DNA of 64,000 nucleotides from a virus (Duplodnaviria; Caudoviricetes): IMG/VR virus record IMGVR_UViG_3300020112_001004, positions 1 to 64,000 of that record; one strand, 5' to 3'. Shown piece by piece: positions 57,197 to 64,000 of this stretch (position 1 is its first letter; each line of letters starts with the position of its first letter). The notes under the pieces were generated by a model. It saw only the letters and a program-made list of their open reading frames with translations, ran no database searches and was not told where the DNA came from. The position numbers and the translations under genes were made by a program.

Positions 57197-57279
57197 AATG
57201 AGAATAATTCTCATTAAAAAAAGTAACAAATAGTATAAATATGTATATAATATAATATAAAGATTAGGGGGTGTTTAGT

Positions 57280-57411
57280 ATGTTATTAATACTTTTACTT
57301 GGATTTATGATATGTTGTGTGACATTTGTAGTAGTGGCTACATTGTCTTTCATAGTGTTGTGGGGTGTGGTTTTGTGGATTAAGTTTTTCTTGAGTAAAT
57401 TGATAAAATAG
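57280..57411 (+). CDS. 43-aa highly hydrophobic membrane peptide
   Basis: motif A promoter-like repeat and GGGGG RBS upstream. Confidence 0.55.
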   Translation: MLLILLLGFMICCVTFVVVATLSFIVLWGVVLWIKFFLSKLIK

Positions 57412-57439
57412 GGTTAGGTACTTAATAAGTACCCAACCC
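57411..57439. terminator. hairpin at convergence of + and - transcription units
   Basis: GGGTTAGGTACTT-AAT-AAGTACCCAACCC. Confidence 0.55.
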
Positions 57440-57461
57440 AACACTTGATTACCTTTCTAGA

Positions 57462-58910
57462 TTACCCTAGCTCTACAAGTGTATTTTCTTCTATTAGCCA
57501 CTTACCATTAAAGCTTATAAGCTTAATGTTTTTATATCCAGCTTCTGCTATGGCTATATCTCTTAATAAAGTTCCTCCCTCTGTTTTTAATGATAGTGTT
57601 ATATTAGGCGCAGTTGTGTGTAAAACAAGATTTATAACTCTAGAATCATCTATAGAAGGTACTACTATGGAGGTGTTAGCCCCTAGGCTGTCTACAAATT
57701 GACTGCCCTCTCCAGATACACGCACCACATTATTCCTTATACTTAATTGTTTATTGTTAGGTTTATTTTTTAGAAGTTCCTCGTTTATACTAGCAACTAT
57801 CATATTACAGCCAGTAGGGTTTGGATTGTATCTTGAGTAAATAGGGTAGTTTCTTCCATTGTATACACGAGTTCTACCAGTTGGAGTTTTAGCGTCGGGG
57901 CTATCGAAGTCATAGTCTCCTTCGCAAGGGAAAAACATAACAAGACAAGGTTTGTTTACGCATCTGCAAACATATGGACATGATTCGTCGGGATATATTG
58001 TAAATTTTTTATTTTGGGTATAATCAAACCACCAAACGTCTCCATCAATATTACCACGACTGCAATAGATATAGTTGGAAGCAAAATCATTGGATTTATC
58101 TGCTCCAAATTCGTTTATTAACGCCAATCTAGTGTTATTGTAGGTAGAATCAGACACTTTTATAACTTGGTATTGGTGTAACATACAATCTTTGAAAAGA
58201 AAAAGATATTTTAAATTACCCTCTTCGTTTAAATATATTGATTTTACACATGTCTTAATTTGTTCAGCGTCCCACCTGTTTATGATTACTCCATCTTTAT
58301 ATAGCATCGGTCTAAGAATATTAAAATCTAAACTTAAAGTTTTTTTAACCCCTGTTATAGAATAATAGTTCACATTTAAAACAGTTCCAGTAAAACTGGT
58401 ATCGTCTATTTTTTCTATGAGATGCTTGTTTATATAATCACATTTTTTAGTAACAGTTATTTCCCTTATAGTAGAAAAACTTCCGTCTGCCTCTGTAACC
58501 AAAACGGTTGTAGAGTTTTTTTGGAAGAAAAGTATTTCTTCTTCTTCATCTATACCAATTAAGTCTCCTCCAGTAAAATTAATTTGCTGAGCTAAGTTGG
58601 TTTTTTGATTAATAACGATAGCCTTTCCAGTACTTAAAAAAAGAAAGATTTTATTTTTAAAAACAACAACACGTTTACTAAGTGGGTCTCCAGAACCAAT
58701 GTTTTCAACATACCCGTCTTTTGCAAAAACAGTTAAAGGAAGGTTTGTTATTACACTAGTTTTGTAATTCACGTCTTTTTTCAAGGTTGGGGAACACGCC
58801 CCAGCCTTATTTGTCAAATCTGGGGTATTTTTTGAATCAAAAATTAAAGTATTCGTTTTTAATTTTAATTCTCCTAGTTCTTTTTTTACCTCTCTTATTT
58901 CTTGTTCCAT
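57462..58910 (-). CDS. putative virion/tail-associated protein
   Basis: 482 aa beta-rich; in - strand cluster with beta-helix proteins. Confidence 0.5.
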   Translation of the reverse strand: MEQEIREVKKELGELKLKTNTLIFDSKNTPDLTNKAGACSPTLKKDVNYKTSVITNLPLTVFAKDGYVENIGSGDPLSKRVVVFKNKIFLFLSTGKAIVINQKTNLAQQINFTGGDLIGIDEEEEILFFQKNSTTVLVTEADGSFSTIREITVTKKCDYINKHLIEKIDDTSFTGTVLNVNYYSITGVKKTLSLDFNILRPMLYKDGVIINRWDAEQIKTCVKSIYLNEEGNLKYLFLFKDCMLHQYQVIKVSDSTYNNTRLALINEFGADKSNDFASNYIYCSRGNIDGDVWWFDYTQNKKFTIYPDESCPYVCRCVNKPCLVMFFPCEGDYDFDSPDAKTPTGRTRVYNGRNYPIYSRYNPNPTGCNMIVASINEELLKNKPNNKQLSIRNNVVRVSGEGSQFVDSLGANTSIVVPSIDDSRVINLVLHTTAPNITLSLKTEGGTLLRDIAIAEAGYKNIKLISFNGKWLIEENTLVELG

Positions 58911-59064
58911 ACTCTTCCTCCTCTTATGTTGCCAAGGAAATATTGAACTACATAATATTCAACATTCTCCTCAGTAACTTTTTCCATTTCTTCCCCTCTT
59001 AATACTATCACATGAGATGTTGCTTCAATTAAGGTGTCTCCAGTAAAAACAATTATTTCATTCA
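58895..59064 (-). CDS. small hypothetical protein
   Basis: ORF bridging two - strand genes; start uncertain. Confidence 0.4.
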
Positions 59065-59093
59065 TTTCTCTTAATATTTTTATTTTAATTATT

Positions 59094-61055
59094 TTATCTA
59101 ATGACATTAGGTAACTTTACCTCCAATTCTTCAACATTGTTAATTTCTTCCCTATAGTGTAGGAAACGAATAGCACCATATCCTTCTTGAGTAGGTGTTA
59201 GATTGGAATCTGGACAATCAGTCCTGTGTTTTAGAAAATCTATCAACTCGAAAACATTAGGTGTTTTTCCATATTTTTTCTTATATAAATTACTACCTAT
59301 CATTAAGCATCCTGTTACTGTTGGGGCTGAGCAACTTGTTCCAGAAAATTCGTCATAAGACCAGTGTTCACTATCTGGCATACCATTTCTTGTAAAAATT
59401 GATGAGTAACCTAAAAAACACAAGCCCCTTGCTCCAGTAGAAACTGAATAGTAAACCATATCATCTTCGTTTTTAGAATATCCATAATAATACTCGCTTC
59501 CATTGCCTCTTGGGTCATAGTATTCATTACTCCATATATCATGCCTGTCTGTTACTCCTCCTGCACCTATAATTCCATTGGCAAAATAAGGCATTCTAAT
59601 AGCTGGAGCCCCGTATTCTGTTTCACAGTCCATAGATTCGTTTCCAGATGAGTTTACAAAGACTCCTCCGGCTGTAATGTATTTTCCAAAAGCAGACATA
59701 GAGGGTATATATTCCTCATGGTCAGAAAGATAGACCGTTCCCCCACCATAGCTCCTATTAACAAACATACAATTCTCTTTTAGCGCTAGTTCACACACTT
59801 TAGAAAACTCGTTGTTGGATGAACTGTCTACCCCTCCTATTTTAATCCATACAAATTCAGCTTTTGGAACTGCTCCATAAGTGCACTCTTTACCAGTCCC
59901 CAACAGAATATGGCTAACTTGAAATCCATGATTATTTTTCCACTCTTTCATTGGTGTCATATCATTTTGCTTACTTATATCGTTGTTTATATTATAGGTT
60001 GCGACAAGTTTGTCATAATCAATATCTGGGAACTCGTCTCTTCTTGATATATCAGCAAACCCAGAGTCTGCTATGGCAACTCTTAAGCCTTCTCCATATT
60101 CGGCGCTTTCCCACACGTCTTGAACCTCATGATACCAAATATTACCGTCTAGGTGTTTATAAGCCTTTTCATCATAAATAAGTGGAGAACCAAAATACCA
60201 ATCTTTCTTAATAAATTCTAGTTCTATCTCTTTTCTAACATCTTGATTATCTAATACAACACTTCCCCAAGCTCCACCGTTTCTGTCTTTAAGATGTTTA
60301 CACATTCTTAGCAATGAATTTTTATTAGAAGAAAGAGGACAATTTAATAAATGCACTCTTTGTAAGTTATCACAGTCAACAAAAATTAAATCATTTAGTT
60401 GAGTTTCTGTTTTATTTACAAACTTAGTTAGTTGAGAACCTTTTACAATCATCCCTGTGATAGAAGCGTTAGTATTCTCAAATTCTCCTGTTATATCAGC
60501 CACTTTAGAAATGGAGGCGTTTTCTATTTCATACACCCCGTTTTCTAAAGAGGATAGGTTTATGCTCTCTATAAATTCTAAGGATGGCTCTGCTTCGTCC
60601 TCCTCAGTAGAACCTTCTGGAGAATAATCTATTAATTCTGCGTTAAATTCTCCATTAATTTTAACTATTTTTAGAGCATGTTGTTTATCACAACCAAGCT
60701 CTATTTCATCAGTAATATCTCCCTCTTTTAGGGTTACTACATTCCCTTTTTGACCTTTAATATATAGTTTTGCTTCCCAGTAGTCTTTTTCTATAGTTGG
60801 TAAATTAATTGTGATATTCTCAGTAATAACAAGTGATTGTAAGGAAGAAGTGGTTAAATTTACCTCTCCATTTTCTGGTGATAGAACTACTAGCCCTTCT
60901 TGAGAATCTGAAGATAATTCTACCCATTCAGCGCCATTCCAAAAAGATACTATATTTTTTTCTGTATCAAAATATTCATATCCTGTATCGTTTGCTGTTA
61001 AATTATCTGGTCTATTTGCTGTATTACCTATATATCTATACTTGGTTTTTTTCAT
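59094..61055 (-). CDS. subtilisin-like S8 serine protease with N-terminal virion-attachment-like module
   Basis: VAIADSG (Asp), NNHGFQV (His), SSGNE oxyanion, FSGTSCSAP (Ser). Confidence 0.85.
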   Translation of the reverse strand: MKKTKYRYIGNTANRPDNLTANDTGYEYFDTEKNIVSFWNGAEWVELSSDSQEGLVVLSPENGEVNLTTSSLQSLVITENITINLPTIEKDYWEAKLYIKGQKGNVVTLKEGDITDEIELGCDKQHALKIVKINGEFNAELIDYSPEGSTEEDEAEPSLEFIESINLSSLENGVYEIENASISKVADITGEFENTNASITGMIVKGSQLTKFVNKTETQLNDLIFVDCDNLQRVHLLNCPLSSNKNSLLRMCKHLKDRNGGAWGSVVLDNQDVRKEIELEFIKKDWYFGSPLIYDEKAYKHLDGNIWYHEVQDVWESAEYGEGLRVAIADSGFADISRRDEFPDIDYDKLVATYNINNDISKQNDMTPMKEWKNNHGFQVSHILLGTGKECTYGAVPKAEFVWIKIGGVDSSSNNEFSKVCELALKENCMFVNRSYGGGTVYLSDHEEYIPSMSAFGKYITAGGVFVNSSGNESMDCETEYGAPAIRMPYFANGIIGAGGVTDRHDIWSNEYYDPRGNGSEYYYGYSKNEDDMVYYSVSTGARGLCFLGYSSIFTRNGMPDSEHWSYDEFSGTSCSAPTVTGCLMIGSNLYKKKYGKTPNVFELIDFLKHRTDCPDSNLTPTQEGYGAIRFLHYREEINNVEELEVKLPNVIR

Positions 61056-61172
61056 TATAAATTCCTCCTATTTTAATTTAATGCAATTCATGTATTTTGT
61101 TCATTCTGATTTTTTTATGGATATAGAGGGGTAGATATAAATGAATAATTTAATATCAACCCCTTGTGATTA

Positions 61173-63416
61173 CTACTCTTCTGTTATATAGTTGCAATCT
61201 TCTATTGTTATATTTGATAAATTATAATCAAATGGTGGAATATTTATCAAGTCACAATCTATAAATTCAAATTGCATATTTCTGTTTTCTTCTTTACTCA
61301 TATCTGTGCGTGTAAAACCAAATTTTCCATTAGGTTTTGTCTTAAGTGTGCAATTTATGAAACAGATTTTAGCTTTCTCATTGTTGGTTACTCTAAATAG
61401 ATTGCCTTCAATAGTATTTATTAAGCAACAATTCTTATAGGTGACATCATTATATGCCATAAAGTTATACATACCATATACATGAGCGTTTTGATGTTGT
61501 TTAAATTCGCAATTATCAAACAATATCTTAGCAACATTTCCTTCCTTAAGACCACTAATTGCAAACGATGGGTTCACTCCATCTCCTATGGTGCAATTTA
61601 AGAATTTTGCGTCACTATTTTTTTGATAAGCAAGTTGGTAACGAGAGAAGTATGAATCCTCAACAATTACTTTTTCTTCGAAGCAAAGAGTAGCATCAAT
61701 GCTAGAATTTTTTATTGTGGAATTAAATACGTTTAATTGTTCGGCTGAAGAAGTTATTGTCCCTCCCAGAATAAAATTAAAATTATCCACTGTGCAGTTT
61801 CTTAATCTAAGAGCAAAATTATGAATAGGCTTAATTTCTTGTTTTATAGTAAAATCTCTCACTAGCGCTCCATCTATTGTTAAAGCTTTTGCGTTCTTAA
61901 CTCTAATATGGCTTCCAACCAAATTTCCGTTAAGCCTAACCTCATCGCTATCCTCTACGTTTAAATTTTTTACACTAACACACTGAGGCTTATACGCTTC
62001 AGCTTCTGTGGTGCCTGTTAATAAAACAGTCGACCTAAATACTTGATTGTTTTCTATGACAGCTCCACTGGTTGCATTTACAGTCATTGCTATTCCCATA
62101 TCTTCAAAGTGATTATTGGAAACTATATGCCCACATCCATCATAACAAATAACTCCGTATGGACAGTCTTTGAAAAAATTCCCCTCGATTATTATACTAC
62201 GAGTGGTATGACCTCCATCTTCTATATCTACACAAGCTTGGGGAGCAGTTCCACGAATATTGTACACCGATGAGTTTCTTAATCCACAAGAAATACCCCC
62301 TCCAACAGAGACACCTTGTCTTCTGCAATTATAAATCTCGCATTGTTCAATAAATGAATTTTCTGCGCTACGCCCTATTCTAAACATAAAAGTTAAATCT
62401 TGTTCCACTTCTTCGTGGTCAATATAAACTCTGAAAGATTTTGCACCCTCTGGAATATCACTAGGGTCTGAAAAATAAGACTTTATTGTTTTTATAAAAT
62501 TTTCTTCTTCGTCGTAAAACGCTATATAAATGAGTTTTTTAGTAACCCTATATAGAGCACCATAACCATAGGGGTTGCCAGAGTATACATAAAGTTTTTC
62601 TTTTAGTGATAAGCCAATTTTTCTATCTTCTTCATTTAATAAAGAGTCTAGCGATATCTTGTTTGTTAGTCTATATCCGACTCCTTCTGCGTTTGCTCCA
62701 TTGCTGTCTATCACTCCATTTTCGCAAGTTTGATTTAAAACATAGTTTGAGGAATAATATGATAAAACACTTCCCATATAGCTCCCATCGCCAGTAAACC
62801 CGTGTATTTTCAAATTCTTACACAAACATCTTCTACTTCCTCTAAAAAGTACCCCGTGTCCATGTTCGTGAGTCTCACTAATAGAAGCGTCATAGTCGTG
62901 ATTATCTCTATCACCAATTAATTCTCCATTTTTTACCATTGTATCTTCGCATAATAATAAGTCTAAAATTCTATACCCAGCATAATTATTGGGTTTTATT
63001 TTTATTATAGCGCCATTTAAATCGTATTCGGTACTTGAGTGTAACATAAGAATAGAAGGGTGGTTGTTCTTACCTTGAGATGAAACAACACCGTCTAATT
63101 CATCTATAACTTCTATTTCTGTATTCTTAGGGAAAGTCACTCTTCTATATCCTAATTCATAAGCTTCGTCAAACTGTTGTTGAATAGATTTAGTCAATTC
63201 CACCGAAGATAAAGAATCATCTATTTTTATTATATATTCTAATTCTTCCCCAGAGCCTTCTTGAGACTCTGGTGATAACTCTATCCATTCAGTACCATTC
63301 CAGAAAGATACGATGTTTTTTTCTATATCAAAATATTCATATCCTGTGTCTGCCATCGTTAAATTGTCTGGTCTATTGTTTGTTTTACCACTGTATTTAT
63401 ATTTACTTCTAAACAT
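61173..63416 (-). CDS. right-handed beta-helix (pectate lyase-like) protein, probable depolymerase/tailspike
   Basis: IQQQFDEA...VTFPK, GDRDNH...EHGHG...GDG, NCRRQGVS...GTAPQACVDIE parallel beta-helix motifs. Confidence 0.75.
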   Translation of the reverse strand: MFRSKYKYSGKTNNRPDNLTMADTGYEYFDIEKNIVSFWNGTEWIELSPESQEGSGEELEYIIKIDDSLSSVELTKSIQQQFDEAYELGYRRVTFPKNTEIEVIDELDGVVSSQGKNNHPSILMLHSSTEYDLNGAIIKIKPNNYAGYRILDLLLCEDTMVKNGELIGDRDNHDYDASISETHEHGHGVLFRGSRRCLCKNLKIHGFTGDGSYMGSVLSYYSSNYVLNQTCENGVIDSNGANAEGVGYRLTNKISLDSLLNEEDRKIGLSLKEKLYVYSGNPYGYGALYRVTKKLIYIAFYDEEENFIKTIKSYFSDPSDIPEGAKSFRVYIDHEEVEQDLTFMFRIGRSAENSFIEQCEIYNCRRQGVSVGGGISCGLRNSSVYNIRGTAPQACVDIEDGGHTTRSIIIEGNFFKDCPYGVICYDGCGHIVSNNHFEDMGIAMTVNATSGAVIENNQVFRSTVLLTGTTEAEAYKPQCVSVKNLNVEDSDEVRLNGNLVGSHIRVKNAKALTIDGALVRDFTIKQEIKPIHNFALRLRNCTVDNFNFILGGTITSSAEQLNVFNSTIKNSSIDATLCFEEKVIVEDSYFSRYQLAYQKNSDAKFLNCTIGDGVNPSFAISGLKEGNVAKILFDNCEFKQHQNAHVYGMYNFMAYNDVTYKNCCLINTIEGNLFRVTNNEKAKICFINCTLKTKPNGKFGFTRTDMSKEENRNMQFEFIDCDLINIPPFDYNLSNITIEDCNYITEE

Positions 63417-63431
63417 TATAATCCTCCTCTA

Positions 63432-64000
63432 CTATTCTTCAGCGATAACTATTGAATCTATCAAAATATTATCTAAATTGTAATCTGGCGCTTTAAGATT
63501 TATTAGTTTACAGTCTATAAGTTCAAATTTTTTGCAAGTAGCCCCTTCGTTTGAAAAAATTTTGCAGGCGTTATTTTTACCAATAAGTTCACAACCATGA
63601 AAAGCAACGCTAGGAGTTTCATTATCTGCTACACGGAATAAATAACCATCCACCCTATCTATTATTCGACAATTTTCATAGGTTGCGTCAACGTTGGAAG
63701 CTAGTAGTCCAATCCCATAGACAGAAGGGGTTTGTTGTTCTAGTACAGAGTTTTTAATTATAAGGTTTAAACTGCCCCCAGTTGGCATTCCAAAACCTAT
63801 TGAATCGAATTTCATATTGTCTAGTTCCAAATCAAAGGCTTGAGATTCATAAATAACACATATCTTTTTTATATACCCATCGGAAATTTTAGAATTAGCC
63901 AATCTAATCTCTGAATTTACGGTTACTTGTTTCAATACACTATTTTTTATATTTAAAATTTTATTGTTTGGGTTTAGTAATTCAAAATGATTCAATTCCA
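63432..64000 (-). CDS. C-terminal part of a second beta-helix protein (runs off window)
   Basis: C-terminus similar to 61173..63416 (TY.NC....G.LFRV...FE.IDC.LIN...DYNL.NI). Confidence 0.7.
   Translation of the reverse strand, partial: ELNHFELLNPNNKILNIKNSVLKQVTVNSEIRLANSKISDGYIKKICVIYESQAFDLELDNMKFDSIGFGMPTGGSLNLIIKNSVLEQQTPSVYGIGLLASNVDATYENCRIIDRVDGYLFRVADNETPSVAFHGCELIGKNNACKIFSNEGATCKKFELIDCKLINLKAPDYNLDNILIDSIVIAEE

Larger units (their letters stand above)
25..57259 (+). promoter_or_regulatory. motif A: dispersed 38-bp bipartite promoter-like repeat GGTAACAAAT-N11-GATAATAATATAATATA (26 copies)
   Basis: copies start at 25, 1147, 1677, 3287, 4931, 5426, 8549, 9505, 10809, 11262, 11906, 16474, 17548, 27368, 32328, 34031, 37909, 40737, 42820, 45070, 46016, 50477, 52011, 54092, 54847, 57222; invariant spacing, all on + strand, at gene boundaries upstream of an RBS. 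Confidence 0.85.

Noticed and set aside
25-57259. Motif A or B repeats as a CRISPR array
   Set aside because: The repeats are dispersed and separated by whole genes, not by uniform spacers, and no cas genes are seen.
1-64000. tRNA or rRNA genes, arbitrium aimR/aimP
   Set aside because: No cloverleaf or rRNA-like sequence and no TPR receptor gene recognised in this window.

Overview
This AT-rich 64 kb window is part of a large temperate-type bacteriophage of a Clostridium-like Firmicute, with SPbeta-like gene content. Bases 1-57.4 kb (+ strand) form an early/replication region. It encodes a YonO-like single-subunit RNA polymerase, an HU-like protein, two antitoxin-less PemK/MazF RNases and a DGQHR(DndB)/dead tyrosine-recombinase pair resembling SPbeta yopQ-yopR. 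Replication and repair genes include dUTPase, a Sak4-like ATPase, SSB, RusA, DnaB helicase, primase, RecJ, DnaE split by a 320-nt group I intron, RecD2, DNA ligase, two RNase H and type IIA topoisomerase A/B. Also present are FolD, NrdD/G, a ThyX-like protein, a Mom-like protein and three DNA adenine methyltransferase genes. From 57.4 kb the genes are on the - strand and look virion-associated (S8 protease, beta-helix proteins). The most striking unexplained signal is an intergenic element, hairpin-NN-UACAUA-hairpin(s)-RBS, present 27 times. The hexamer TACATA is almost absent from the coding strand of genes (1 copy seen by eye). UACAU is the established cut site of Firmicute MazF RNases and the phage encodes two of them. 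I infer a MazF-programmed mRNA processing/maturation system, possibly coupled to host shut-off. Also notable are a 38-bp promoter-like repeat (26 copies) and about 12 otherwise dissimilar small proteins sharing a C-terminal (Y)PELYLExML tag. All counts were made by eye and need computational confirmation.
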